Shown here: piece after piece, positions 15,062-25,193 of the stretch
Layout: each line of letters opens with the position of its first letter
Numbering within the stretch: position 1 is the first letter of the stretch
Assembly: GCA_017399005.1 (NCBI GenBank)
Contig: JAFQEO010000028.1
Span: 1 to 32,735 of the forward strand
Length of the DNA stretch: 32,735 nucleotides
Direction: 5' to 3'
From: Peptococcaceae bacterium
Lineage (GTDB): Bacteria; Bacillota; Peptococcia; Peptococcales; Peptococcaceae
Position numbers and translations under genes: made by a program
Notes under the pieces: model-generated
Database searches by the model: none
Seen by the model: only the letters and a program-made list of their open reading frames with translations
Told to the model about the DNA's origin: nothing

Positions 15062-16027
15062 TTGCATCAGTTTGAAGACAGGATTATTCTGCAGGATATT
15101 GGACAGGCTCAGCAGATTGGCGGTCTGGCCGATGAAAATATCAGACTTATTGAAAAACGGACCGGTGCCCGTATTGTGGCGCGAGGTCAGGAAATTTTAC
15201 TGGGCGGTTCGAAAGGCAGCATTGCTGCTGCCCGTGCAGTGCTGGATTATCTGATTCAGCTGTCAGTTAAAAAGGAACTGACACCGAGCGATATTCAGTA
15301 TGCGTTGACGCTGGGCGGCAACGGTGAACATGAAAAAATTGCCGACTGTCTGGGCGAAGTGATTCACACCACAAACCGTGGAAAGCAGATTCGTGCCAAA
15401 ACCATGGGGCAGTATCGTTATGTAAAAGCTATCGAGAAAAAAGATATCACCTTCGGCATTGGCCCGGCTGGTACCGGTAAAACCTATCTGGCTGTGGTGA
15501 TGGCGCTGAAAGCACTGAAGAACAAACAGGTGGAACGAATTGTTTTAACCCGTCCAGCTGTAGAGGCAGGGGAGAAACTGGGGTTTCTGCCGGGGGATTT
15601 ACAGGACAAGGTAGATCCGTATCTGCGGCCTCTGTACGATGGCTTATACGATGTGCTGGGGCTGGATATGGCGCAGAAATATATGGAGCGTCAGATTATT
15701 GAGATTGCGCCGCTTGCGTATATGCGCGGCCGCACACTGGATGATGCGTTTATTATTCTGGATGAGGCACAGAATACCACACCGGAACAGATGAAAATGT
15801 TCCTGACCCGTATCGGGTTCGGTTCCAAAGCCGTTGTAACCGGGGATATTACCCAGGTGGATTTACCAAAACATCACCAGTCCGGTTTACTGCGGGCAGA
15901 GGATATTCTGTCCGGTATCGATGAAATCAGCTTTCATCATTTAACAGCGCAGGATGTGGTTCGGCATCCTGTGGTAGCGCGGATTATTGCCGCCTACGAT
16001 GCAGAGGAGAACCAGCGAAAGGAATAA
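15062..16027 (+). CDS. phoH: PhoH-like ATPase (PhoH/YbeZ family).
   Basis: Walker A GPAGTGKTYLAV, the conserved PhoH core, and a TTG start 8 nt after aaaggagg. Sits in the conserved position before pgpH/ybeY. Confidence 0.85.
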   Translation: MHQFEDRIILQDIGQAQQIGGLADENIRLIEKRTGARIVARGQEILLGGSKGSIAAARAVLDYLIQLSVKKELTPSDIQYALTLGGNGEHEKIADCLGEVIHTTNRGKQIRAKTMGQYRYVKAIEKKDITFGIGPAGTGKTYLAVVMALKALKNKQVERIVLTRPAVEAGEKLGFLPGDLQDKVDPYLRPLYDGLYDVLGLDMAQKYMERQIIEIAPLAYMRGRTLDDAFIILDEAQNTTPEQMKMFLTRIGFGSKAVVTGDITQVDLPKHHQSGLLRAEDILSGIDEISFHHLTAQDVVRHPVVARIIAAYDAEENQRKE

Positions 16028-16030
16028 TCT

Positions 16031-18178
16031 ATGGGGAAACTGAAACAGGTTTACAATAGTATCATAGAGAAGCATTTTCAGGATAAAAAGCGGCGAATGC
16101 TGGCATGGACAGCACTGTTTTTTGCAGTGCTGCTGCTGATTTTATCCAGTCACTTTGTGCCGGCGCGTACCAACTGGGAAGTTGGTCGTGTATCCACACA
16201 GGATGTACAGGCAGACCGTTATTTAACCTTCGTGGATGAAGCGGGGACTCTGGACAGGCAGCAGGAGGCGCTGGAAAGCTTCCAGGATATTTATAAAATT
16301 GATCTGGAGAAATTCAACAGCATTACCATCACCGATATTTCTGATTCTTTTGCCACTCTGGAGGAAATTGCGGTAGCATCCCGGAATCAGGCTGAGGTTA
16401 CTACTGTTGATAAAATTGCGCTTCTTCACGATGCTTTCGCATTTACGCTGGAGGCTGATGAATGGGCGGCACTGGCAAATCTGTCGGAGGCGGATATCCA
16501 GTGGCTGTATGAGCGCGGTATTGATTATGCTATTAATGTAATGAGCAAAGGGGTAGCACAGGCAGATCTGGAAAGTGCCAGAGAAAAAATCGCACTGTCT
16601 ATCAGCAACGATAAATATATTACCGGTGCAGAGGAAAAATTTCTGCAGGCGGTAATTGAAGATGTGAATCTGTATCCAACTTATGTGCTGGATGCAGAAG
16701 CTACTGCAGAAAAAAAATCGGAAATTCTGGCTACCGTAGAGCCGGAAAAAATCACTGTACAGAAAGGGGAACTGGTTGTTCGCAAGGGGGAAATCCTGAC
16801 CGAGCGGCAGGCAACCATTCTGCATCAGCTGGGGTACAGCCAGTCGGCATCACCAGGTGTTGTTGTACTGGGGCTGGCAATTTTAATTGCCATGATGATG
16901 GTGGTGGTACGTGCATTTATGATGCACTTTACACCAAAAATCTACCGGGATGAAAAGCAGATTGTGCTGCTGATGCTTCTGATAGCAGCCACCATTTTTC
17001 TGTATGATTTATTCCTGTCACTGACATTAAGTTCTATTGCAGACCGGGCAGCACAGGTTGGTTATCTGATTCCGGTTGCTATGGGCACTATGCTGATTAC
17101 TATCCTGCTGGATGTGCGGCTGGGGCTGGTGGCAGATATCATTCTGGCTATTTTTGTAGGTATGTATACCGAAAGCTCGGCATTTGCCGTAGTTGCGCTG
17201 ATTGGCGGTCTGGTAGGGAGCCTTGGGGTTGCCACTCTGGGGCAGCGCTCTGATATTTCCAGAACAGCGCTCAGCATTAGCGCCACAAACGCCTGCCTGA
17301 TTATCGGGCTTGGCATGGTGCAGAACCAGACACCGGACGTTGTGGCTTTTGGTGTGATATTCGGGATTTTTAACGGCCTGATTTCCTCCATTTTCACCAT
17401 GGGGGTTCTGCCGTATCTGGAAAATATTTTCGGGATTACAACCTCTATTAAGCTGCTGGAACTGGCCAATCCAAATCAGCCGCTGCTGAAACGGCTGATG
17501 ACCGAAGCACCGGGGACTTACCATCACTGCATTATGGTTGGCAACCTGGGTGAGGCTGCCGCTGACGCTATCGGCGCTAATGGGCTGGAAGTGCGTCTGG
17601 GTGCATACTATCATGATATCGGGAAACTGAAACGGCCGTATTTCTTTGCGGAAAACCAGTTTTCCGGCAACAATCCGCACAATAATATGACACCGCAGCT
17701 CAGTCATCTGATTATCACTTCCCACGTAAAAGACGGGATTGAGATGGCGAAAGAGGCAAAACTGCCGCCGATTATCATTCAGATGATTGCACAGCATCAC
17801 GGTGACAGTCTGGTATCGTTTTTCTATGCAAAAGCAAAAGAAACCGACCCGCAGACAAAAGAACGGGATTTCCGCTATGAACAGCCGAAACCGCAGACAA
17901 AAGAAGCGGCGATTCTGATGATGGCCGATACGGTCGAGGCGGCGGTGCGTTCCAAAAAAGATGCTACACCGGGTCAGATTGAAGGCTTTATTCGTACGCT
18001 GATTAAGGCAAAACTGAATGATGGCCAGTTTGATGAATGTGAACTGACATTCCGTGATTTAGACCTGATTGCTACGGCGTTTACCCGGGTTATCAACGGG
18101 ATTTATCACAAACGTATTGAATATCCGCCGCAGGCGAATGAACTGTTGAAATTACAGGAGGGGCAGGAAAAAGCATGA
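16031..18178 (+). CDS. pgpH: 7TM receptor with intracellular HD hydrolase domain (PgpH/YqfF-type cyclic-di-AMP phosphodiesterase).
   Basis: 715 aa. N-terminal extracellular region, 7 TM helices, and a C-terminal HD domain with YYHDIGKLKRPYFF. Conserved phoH-yqfF-ybeY synteny. Confidence 0.85.
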   Translation: MGKLKQVYNSIIEKHFQDKKRRMLAWTALFFAVLLLILSSHFVPARTNWEVGRVSTQDVQADRYLTFVDEAGTLDRQQEALESFQDIYKIDLEKFNSITITDISDSFATLEEIAVASRNQAEVTTVDKIALLHDAFAFTLEADEWAALANLSEADIQWLYERGIDYAINVMSKGVAQADLESAREKIALSISNDKYITGAEEKFLQAVIEDVNLYPTYVLDAEATAEKKSEILATVEPEKITVQKGELVVRKGEILTERQATILHQLGYSQSASPGVVVLGLAILIAMMMVVVRAFMMHFTPKIYRDEKQIVLLMLLIAATIFLYDLFLSLTLSSIADRAAQVGYLIPVAMGTMLITILLDVRLGLVADIILAIFVGMYTESSAFAVVALIGGLVGSLGVATLGQRSDISRTALSISATNACLIIGLGMVQNQTPDVVAFGVIFGIFNGLISSIFTMGVLPYLENIFGITTSIKLLELANPNQPLLKRLMTEAPGTYHHCIMVGNLGEAAADAIGANGLEVRLGAYYHDIGKLKRPYFFAENQFSGNNPHNNMTPQLSHLIITSHVKDGIEMAKEAKLPPIIIQMIAQHHGDSLVSFFYAKAKETDPQTKERDFRYEQPKPQTKEAAILMMADTVEAAVRSKKDATPGQIEGFIRTLIKAKLNDGQFDECELTFRDLDLIATAFTRVINGIYHKRIEYPPQANELLKLQEGQEKA

Positions 18179-18633
18179 CAGTTGTAATTACGAATGAACA
18201 GGATAAAATTGAAATCCCGGCAGACTGGGAGGAAAAAATCAATAAAGTGGCAGCAATCTGCCTGAAAGAGGAACAGATTCCGGAAGAGGCAGAAGTGGAC
18301 CTGCTGTTTGTAGACAACGAGACAATCCGCGAAATGAACCGCGAATACCGTGATAAAGACAGCGCTACCGATGTACTGTCGTTTCCGATGTATGAAGCTG
18401 ATGAGGAAATTGACGATGAGGACGAAATCTTATTCGGCGACATCGTGATTTCTCTGGAACGGGCACAGGAACAGTGCGAGGAATACGGGCACAGTCTGGA
18501 GCGGGAAGTGATGTATCTTCTGGTGCATGGTTTACTGCATCTGGCAGGATATGACCACATGGAAGAAGAAGAAAAGAAAGAGATGCGGGCGCAGGAGGAA
18601 AAACTGCTTGCAGTTATCGGCGCAATTCGCTAA
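18175..18633 (+). CDS. ybeY: rRNA maturation endoribonuclease YbeY.
   Basis: HGLLHLAGYDH zinc-binding motif, about 150 aa, start overlapping the pgpH stop. Confidence 0.9.
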   Translation: MTVVITNEQDKIEIPADWEEKINKVAAICLKEEQIPEEAEVDLLFVDNETIREMNREYRDKDSATDVLSFPMYEADEEIDDEDEILFGDIVISLERAQEQCEEYGHSLEREVMYLLVHGLLHLAGYDHMEEEEKKEMRAQEEKLLAVIGAIR

Positions 18634-18724
18634 AATATAAGGATAATATATTTGTAACAGAACGCTGAAAAACAGCGAAAACAGTAAAAATTGAAAGAGC
18701 TTTTTATTTGGAGGTTGGTTTTAT

Positions 18725-20020
18725 TTGGATACGGACAGTTCGATGCTAATTTTTTTAGTAGCTTTACTTGTATTATCGGCAATTTTTTCATCGGCAGAAA
18801 CGGCGTTTCTGTCTACCAACAAGATTCGTCTGCGTAATCTGCAGGAAGATGGTGATAAAAAGGCAGATCTGGTTCTGGATTTGCTGGAAAACCAGAATCG
18901 TCTGATTTCAACATTGCTGGTTGGTAATAACATTGTAAATATCAGTTCCTCTGCGCTGGCAACCAAAATGGCGACCGATTATTTTGGTGATGCCGGGGTT
19001 GGGATTGCCACCGGGATTATGACCCTGCTGGTGCTGGTGTTTGGTGAGGTTGTGCCAAAAAATCTGGCAGCAGCACATGCGGAAGGCTGGGCAATGTTTA
19101 TTGCACCGTTCATGAAAGTAATGAGTGTGATACTGACGCCTGTTGTTGTTCTGCTGACAAAATTGTCGGATACCGTTGTTCGATTCAGTAAAAAGAATAA
19201 GGAAGAGGACCAGACCATCACCGAGGATGAATTTAAAATTCTGGTGAACGTGGGTCAGGAGGAAGGCGTATTTGACGAGTCGGAAACCGAAATGATTAAC
19301 AGTATCATGGAATTCGACGAAACCTATGTAAAAGCCATTATGGTTCCTCGTATCGATATCGTGGCTGTGGATGTGGAAGACAGCATCAATGAGGCGCTGC
19401 GTCTGATTATTGACGGCGGCCATTCCCGTATTCCGGCTTATGAGGACAGTATTGACAATATTGTGGGGATTCTGTATGCCAAAGATATTTTTGAACATCT
19501 GGATGCCGACTTTAATGAGCTGAAAGTAAAAGCGCTGATTCGGGATGCGTATTATATTCCGGAAACCAAAAAAGTCAGCGATTTATTAAACGAGCTGCGT
19601 CTGAAAAAAGTGCACATGGCCATTATTCTGGATGAATACGGCGGTACAAACGGTCTGGTTACCATCGAGGATTTAATCGAGGAAATCATCGGCGATATTC
19701 AGGACGAATACGACGTGGAAGAAGATTTAATCGTAATGCACAGCGATAACCAGCTGGTGGCAGATGCCCGTGCGCCAATCGGCGATGTAGAAGAAGCCTT
19801 TGATGTGGAACTGGATGAAGAGATTCTGGAAGACAGTGAAGCCGATACCATCGGTGGTCTGGCATTTGAACATCTGGGCGGTATTCCGGAGGTTGACGAT
19901 GAGGTAACTGTTGGCCGGTTTCTGATTCGTATTGTCAATGTAAGCGGTCGTCGTATCACCAAAGTGGAAGTAACCCTGCTTCCACCGGAAGAAGACGAGG
20001 ATGAAGAAGATGAAGAATAA
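18725..20020 (+). CDS. CNNM/DUF21 transmembrane domain protein with a CBS pair and CorC_HlyC domain (TlyC/CorC hemolysin-like family) and an acidic C-terminal tail.
   Basis: N-terminal four hydrophobic helices (DUF21), CBS-pair region, C-terminal transporter-associated domain, EEDEDEEDEE tail. TTG start 10 nt after ggagg. Confidence 0.75.
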   Translation: MDTDSSMLIFLVALLVLSAIFSSAETAFLSTNKIRLRNLQEDGDKKADLVLDLLENQNRLISTLLVGNNIVNISSSALATKMATDYFGDAGVGIATGIMTLLVLVFGEVVPKNLAAAHAEGWAMFIAPFMKVMSVILTPVVVLLTKLSDTVVRFSKKNKEEDQTITEDEFKILVNVGQEEGVFDESETEMINSIMEFDETYVKAIMVPRIDIVAVDVEDSINEALRLIIDGGHSRIPAYEDSIDNIVGILYAKDIFEHLDADFNELKVKALIRDAYYIPETKKVSDLLNELRLKKVHMAIILDEYGGTNGLVTIEDLIEEIIGDIQDEYDVEEDLIVMHSDNQLVADARAPIGDVEEAFDVELDEEILEDSEADTIGGLAFEHLGGIPEVDDEVTVGRFLIRIVNVSGRRITKVEVTLLPPEEDEDEEDEE

Positions 20021-20444
20021 TGGGGACGACAACTGGGATGCGCTGATTGAGGCGGCCTGGAAGGCACGAGAGATGGCATATGCGCCATATTCCGGTTTTC
20101 AGGTGGGCGCCGCCGTGCAGACGGCATCGGGCAGCATCTATGGCGGTTGTAACATTGAAAATGTAAGTTATGGTCTTACAAACTGCGCAGAGCGAACTGC
20201 CATGTTTCAGGCGGTTGCAAACGGTGAGCGGCAGCTGCAGCGCATCGTGGTATGCGCCGATACACCGGAACCGGTTTCTCCATGCGGAGCCTGTCGTCAG
20301 GTGATGCAGGAACTGGGGCCGCAGATGGAAGTATTGTTAATAAACCGGGAAGGAAGGCAGATTCACACTACGGTGGCTGAGCTGCTTCCTTACAGTTTTC
20401 AGGATTTTCCGCAGGGCGGAGAGTCACATAAAGGAGACATGTAA
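20001..20444 (+). CDS. cdd: Cytidine deaminase.
   Basis: CAERTA and PCGACRQV zinc-binding motifs. The start may be ATG 20010. Overlaps the upstream gene. Confidence 0.85.
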   Translation: MKKMKNNGDDNWDALIEAAWKAREMAYAPYSGFQVGAAVQTASGSIYGGCNIENVSYGLTNCAERTAMFQAVANGERQLQRIVVCADTPEPVSPCGACRQVMQELGPQMEVLLINREGRQIHTTVAELLPYSFQDFPQGGESHKGDM

Positions 20445-20445
20445 C

Positions 20446-21342
20446 ATGAAAACAGGATTTGTAGCACTGGTTGGGCGTCCAAATGCCGGGAAATCCACAT
20501 TGCTGAATCAGATTTTAGAGCGTAAAATTGCCATTGTATCCGACAAGGCACAGACGACTCGTCACCGTATTACCGGTATTCTGACCAATGAGGAAGGTCA
20601 GATTGTGTTTCTGGATACACCGGGGATTCATAAACCGCGCCACAAACTGGGCGAACGCATGGTGGACATCGCGCAGAGCTCCCTGTATGATGCCGATGTA
20701 ATTTATTATCTGGTAGATATCACTCAGGATTTCGGTCCGGGGGAACAGTATATTGTGCAGCAGCTGCAGAAAACGGATGCTCCGGTATTTCTGATTCTGA
20801 ATAAAATTGACCGTGTGGAAAAAGCGCATGTTCTGCGCCAGATTTCTGCATGGCAGAACCGTCTGGAATTTGCGGAAATTTTTCCGCTGTCGGCAAGAAA
20901 AGGCGACAACGTGGAACAGCTGATTACCACGACCTTTCAATACCTGGAGGAAGGGCCGCAGTTCTATCCAGCTGATTCGGTAACCGACCAGCCAGAAGAA
21001 GTGGTAATTGCCGAACTGATTCGTGAACAGATTCTGGAATCCACCCGCGATGAAGTGCCGCACAGCATTGCAGTCATTGTAGAACAGATGAAACTGCAGG
21101 ATGACGGCAAAATCTATGTAGGTGCCACAATTTATGTGGAACGCGACAGTCAGAAAGGCATTATCATTGGCCGCGGCGGTACCATGCTGCGCAAAATCGG
21201 CAGCAGAGCCCGCAGAGAAATCGAGTTTCTGTTAGGCGAAAAAGTTTATCTGGATTTGTGGGTAAAAGTCAATGAAGACTGGCGTAACAAAGAAAACGCT
21301 ATCAAATCCTTCTACTATGATGATGACAGCGATGAATTTTAA
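20446..21342 (+). CDS. era: GTPase Era.
   Basis: G1 GRPNAGKST, G-domain motifs, C-terminal KH domain. Conserved ybeY-cdd-era synteny. Confidence 0.9.
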   Translation: MKTGFVALVGRPNAGKSTLLNQILERKIAIVSDKAQTTRHRITGILTNEEGQIVFLDTPGIHKPRHKLGERMVDIAQSSLYDADVIYYLVDITQDFGPGEQYIVQQLQKTDAPVFLILNKIDRVEKAHVLRQISAWQNRLEFAEIFPLSARKGDNVEQLITTTFQYLEEGPQFYPADSVTDQPEEVVIAELIREQILESTRDEVPHSIAVIVEQMKLQDDGKIYVGATIYVERDSQKGIIIGRGGTMLRKIGSRARREIEFLLGEKVYLDLWVKVNEDWRNKENAIKSFYYDDDSDEF

Positions 21343-21382
21343 TAAAATAATCCTGCGATAAAAAGCATTTACGAGGAATTTT

Positions 21383-21413
21383 GCAGAGGTCCCGCCGGGC
21401 CTCTGTTTTTTTT
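21383..21413 (+). terminator. Strong intrinsic terminator after era.
   Basis: GC-rich hairpin gcagaggtcccg/ccgggcctctg followed by eight T. Confidence 0.75.
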
Positions 21414-21474
21414 GTCCGTTTTGTGATAAAGTTTAATAGAATAGGTGAAGTCTATGCGAATGGAGGTTGCCGGT

Positions 21475-22188
21475 ATGAATCCAGGCAAATGGACAATGCG
21501 AAAACAGCTGTCGATGGCAGATGGCTTTGTAATGCTGTTTCTGATTTTTATACTGATGAATGGAATTGTGGGAAGCGGGATTCTGCCTGTGGAGTGGCTG
21601 GCCAGATTTCTGCCGGGCAGTGCCACCGTTATTAACAAAATGCTGATTCAGCAGATTTTTCAGACACTGCTTATGGTGGGCATTGTGCTTTTGTTTCTGC
21701 GGATGCGAGGTACAACTTTACAGCAGATCGGGCTGCGGCCGTTTCAGGATAGGCGCTGGTTTTACTGGTCGGTGATGTGGGGCGGTGTAACTTTTTTTGC
21801 CATGCTGTTTGTCAGTGCCTGTATGGTGAAGCTGTTCCCAAATGCGGAGCCGCAGACCGCAACCCAACTGATTATGCAGGCAAACGGCCAATGGGAAAAC
21901 TTTGCGGTAATTCTGATGGTGAGTGTTCTGGCACCGTTCAGCGAAGAGCTGGTTTTTCGCGGATATATTTATCACAGTCTGCGAATGTATAAAAGCCAGT
22001 GGTTCAGTATTCTGGCTGCATCACTGATGTTTGGCTGCATGCATTATGATTTGTTCCGGCTTTTGCCGCTGACACTGGTGGGCATATTTTTAAATGTGGC
22101 AGCGGTACGTTCTGAATCGTTGTGGGGTTCTATGATTATGCATGGTGTCTGGAATTTTATGATGGCATCGCTGGTGCTGGCCGTATAA
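21475..22188 (+). CDS. CPBP-family intramembrane glutamic endopeptidase (CAAX protease/Abi-like).
   Basis: Multi-TM protein with EELVFRGYIY (EExxxR) and FGCMHY (FxxxH) motifs. ggagg lies 8 nt before ATG 21475. Confidence 0.7.
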   Translation: MNPGKWTMRKQLSMADGFVMLFLIFILMNGIVGSGILPVEWLARFLPGSATVINKMLIQQIFQTLLMVGIVLLFLRMRGTTLQQIGLRPFQDRRWFYWSVMWGGVTFFAMLFVSACMVKLFPNAEPQTATQLIMQANGQWENFAVILMVSVLAPFSEELVFRGYIYHSLRMYKSQWFSILAASLMFGCMHYDLFRLLPLTLVGIFLNVAAVRSESLWGSMIMHGVWNFMMASLVLAV

Positions 22189-22281
22189 ACAAGGACATTC
22201 TCTAACTGCCGGAGAAATAAGAAAAAGAAATGAAAAATCGTACTGAATAAAGCGATATGCAAACTAGAAGGAGTGTTTTAC

Positions 22282-23604
22282 TTGAAAACAGGAGACGTGG
22301 TTCAGCTGGCCATCACCGGTATTTCCCATCAGGGATACGGTATTGGCCGGCATGATAATATTGTGGTGTTTGTGCCTGGCGCTATGCTGGGGGAAACAGT
22401 AAAAGCGCAGGTAATCGAGTATAAAAAGAAAATGGCCACAGCCGAGCTGCGGGAAGTTCTGGTTCCGTCGGAACAGCGCATTGAGGCTGTCTGTCCGCAA
22501 AGTGCGAAATGCGGCGGCTGTGAACTGCAGCATTGTGATTACGATTATCAGCTAAAAGCCAAGCAGAAAATCGTGCAGGATGCAATGATGCGTCTGGGCC
22601 GTATTGATGTACCTGTGGAGCCGGTTATTGGTATGGCGGAGCCGTGGCGCTATCGCAATAAAGGCATTTTTCATGTAGATTACAGCGGCAACACGGTTCG
22701 TCTGGGCTTTTACGAACAGGGCAGTCACCAGTTTGTACCGGCAAAAAGCTGCCAGCTGTTCAGTCAGAAAATCAACAATCTGGTACAGACACTGGAGCAG
22801 ATGATTCAGGACAGCGGAAAAGCCTATTATATTCATAAGGTTATGATTCGGGAAAGTCGTTATAACGGTGAACTGATGGTGGTTTTTGTAACTGAGGAAA
22901 CTGCATGGCGGCTGCCGGAAATTGCCGAAAAACTGATGGAATATCCGGATGTGGTATCTGTTTATCATAACATTAACACAAACCTGAAAATTATGCTGGG
23001 TCGCAGTTTTAAGCTGCTGGAAGGCAAAGAAACAATCGAGGATACTATCGGTGACTTCCATTTTCAGATTTCGCCGCAGTCTTTCTTCCAGGTAAACAAC
23101 GAACAGGCACAGGTTCTGTACGAAAAAGCGCTGGAATATGCTCAGTTAACCGGGAAAGAACAGGTTGCAGATGTGTATTGCGGTATCGGGACAATTTCGC
23201 TGTATCTGGCACAGAAAGCAAATGGCGTAACCGGTATTGAGTCGGTGAATCAGGCAATTTTAGATGCAAGAGAAAATGCGGAGGCAAATGGCATTGAAAA
23301 TTGCACCTTTGTAACTGCAAAAGCCGAAGAATGGCTGCCAAAATGGGTGAAAAAAGGCAACAGTATCGATGTGGCAGTTATTGACCCGCCTCGCAAAGGA
23401 TGCGAAACACCAGCCTTGGATGCGCTGATTGCAAGCGGTGCAGAACGCATTGTGTATGTATCCTGTAATCCTTCTACCTTAGCCCGCGATGCCAAATATT
23501 TATGCGAAGGCGGCTACGAGGTAAAGAAAATCCAGCCCGTGGATTTATTCTGCCAGACCTGGCATGTAGAAACCGTCGTGCTGTTTGAAAAAAGAGGAAC
23601 CTGA
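22282..23604 (+). CDS. rlmD: 23S rRNA (uracil-C5)-methyltransferase RlmD/RumA family: TRAM domain, Fe-S cysteine cluster, SAM-dependent methyltransferase.
   Basis: N-terminal TRAM (KTGDVVQLAITGISHQGYGIG), cysteines CPQSAKCGGCELQHC, motif IV VIDPPRKG. TTG start 9 nt after gaaggag. Confidence 0.8.
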   Translation: MKTGDVVQLAITGISHQGYGIGRHDNIVVFVPGAMLGETVKAQVIEYKKKMATAELREVLVPSEQRIEAVCPQSAKCGGCELQHCDYDYQLKAKQKIVQDAMMRLGRIDVPVEPVIGMAEPWRYRNKGIFHVDYSGNTVRLGFYEQGSHQFVPAKSCQLFSQKINNLVQTLEQMIQDSGKAYYIHKVMIRESRYNGELMVVFVTEETAWRLPEIAEKLMEYPDVVSVYHNINTNLKIMLGRSFKLLEGKETIEDTIGDFHFQISPQSFFQVNNEQAQVLYEKALEYAQLTGKEQVADVYCGIGTISLYLAQKANGVTGIESVNQAILDARENAEANGIENCTFVTAKAEEWLPKWVKKGNSIDVAVIDPPRKGCETPALDALIASGAERIVYVSCNPSTLARDAKYLCEGGYEVKKIQPVDLFCQTWHVETVVLFEKRGT

Positions 23605-23615
23605 GGTGACTTCTT

Positions 23616-23930
23616 ATGAAAAAAGTGAGAATAACGGTTATGCGTATGGCGCAGTATGAGGATTTGATGGCTTTATATGAAAATCCGATAGAACATGCCT
23701 GCGATATGCAGCTGGGGCAGGTGTTTATTGCCAATGGCTGGCAGCGGCCGGATGGTTTGTGTGAAAGTGCGTGGGAGAGTATGTCGCCTTTTGTGATGAC
23801 ACTGGCCTATGGCGGTGAGAATATTTATGACGGATGGATGAAAAACAAAAAATCCGCTATGATTTCCTGCAATGACGGGTTCCGACCTGTGAGCTTTTAT
23901 ATTGAGGCGCTGGATGAGGATGCCGAATAA
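23616..23930 (+). CDS. Small conserved protein of the TIGR04076 family.
   Basis: 104 aa, MKKVRITV...NGWQRPDGLCESAW...CNDGFRPVSFYIEALDE, which matches my memory of that family. Confidence 0.5.
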   Translation: MKKVRITVMRMAQYEDLMALYENPIEHACDMQLGQVFIANGWQRPDGLCESAWESMSPFVMTLAYGGENIYDGWMKNKKSAMISCNDGFRPVSFYIEALDEDAE

Positions 23931-23967
23931 CAGAATGTAACAGACAGAACAACAGGAGGAATGACTT

Positions 23968-24780
23968 ATGACATTTACAGAGACTTTTACAGCATCTTTC
24001 TGGATTTTAGCGGGGCTGGCACTGCTGGTCAGTTCCATGGGGTTTTATAAATTTTTATATTTTATTTCGCTGGGCTATGGCTTTTCGGTGGCAGTGATGG
24101 GGGCAGCAATGCTGGTACTCTTTTATGACAGCCTGAGTCTTGTAACAGCGCTGATGTGCCTGATGTTTGTGGTGTACGGATGCCGGCTTGGCGGATATCT
24201 GCTTTTAAGAGAAATGAAACAGTCTTACCGTGACCACATGAAAAAAGAAATCAATGATGGCAGTACCATGCCGTTTTTTGTAAAAATCGGCATCTGGATT
24301 TCCTGTGCACTGCTGTATGTGCTGGAGGTTTCACCGGTGCTGTTCCGCATGAATAATGGCGGCCATGTAGATATCGTAACGATTATCGGTGCTGTGATTA
24401 TGGCCTGTGGCATTTTACTGGAATCTATGTCAGATTATCAGAAAAGCGCAGCGAAAAAAATCAATCCGAAACGCTTTTGCGATACCGGGCTGTTCCGGAT
24501 CGTACGCTGCCCGAACTATTTAGGGGAAATTTTATTCTGGACCGGTGTTCTGGTATCGGGCTTTACAACGCTAAACGGTGTATGGCAGTGGGCAGCGGCC
24601 ATTGCCGGATGGGTATGTATTGTGTACATTATGTTTGGCGGTGCCAGACGGCTGGAAATCCGCCAGAACAAAAACTACGGCCATGACCCGGAATATCAGG
24701 CCTATGTAAAGAAAACACCGATTATTCTGCCGTTTGTGCCGCTTTACAGTGTAGAAAAATATAAGTTTCTGAAGGGCTGA
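23968..24780 (+). CDS. DUF1295 / steroid-5-alpha-reductase / ICMT-like integral membrane protein.
   Basis: Polytopic membrane protein with the C-terminal motif RCPNYLGEILFW. Confidence 0.6.
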   Translation: MTFTETFTASFWILAGLALLVSSMGFYKFLYFISLGYGFSVAVMGAAMLVLFYDSLSLVTALMCLMFVVYGCRLGGYLLLREMKQSYRDHMKKEINDGSTMPFFVKIGIWISCALLYVLEVSPVLFRMNNGGHVDIVTIIGAVIMACGILLESMSDYQKSAAKKINPKRFCDTGLFRIVRCPNYLGEILFWTGVLVSGFTTLNGVWQWAAAIAGWVCIVYIMFGGARRLEIRQNKNYGHDPEYQAYVKKTPIILPFVPLYSVEKYKFLKG

Positions 24781-24959
24781 TATTTATAAATTAATTGATA
24801 ATGCATTTACTGCAGATTTTAGAGAGACTTTTTTATGTTCAATTGCTATTGCAAAAGTGGCTGGAGTAGAGAACGATGATATTCTAAAAACAACAGAAGA
24901 AATAGATGCATTTTTTATAGAGTAGGTGTCAATGAATATCTCTGAGGAGGTGTATGCGA

Positions 24960-25193
24960 ATGAAATCAGAAATTCAAAATGCGAACGAGATGGAATATAT
25001 TATCTTCTGTATTGAAAATGTGGCGGCGAAGCTTGAAATACCGGCTGAAACAGTGTATGCAGCGCTGACTGAAAAGAGTGATATTCTGGACCGGTACATT
25101 ATTCCAAATTATGAGATTCTGCATACACAGGATAAAGGATATATTGTGGATGATATTTTATCTGTTATGCAGGAAGAAGGTGTGGAAGTATGA
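24960..25193 (+). CDS. DUF3791-like small protein, first of the triad.
   Basis: About 78 aa (EMEYIIFCIENVAAKLEIPAETVY...). ggagg lies 9 nt before ATG 24960. Its stop overlaps the next start (ATGA). Confidence 0.5.
   Translation: MKSEIQNANEMEYIIFCIENVAAKLEIPAETVYAALTEKSDILDRYIIPNYEILHTQDKGYIVDDILSVMQEEGVEV

Noticed and set aside
16223-17800. Long minus-strand ORFs (16223-16825, 17027-17800, 17062-17469) inside pgpH
   Set aside because: They lie antisense within a well-supported, motif-bearing HD-domain gene, have no RBS, and give low-complexity Cys/His/Gln-rich translations. They are shadow ORFs.
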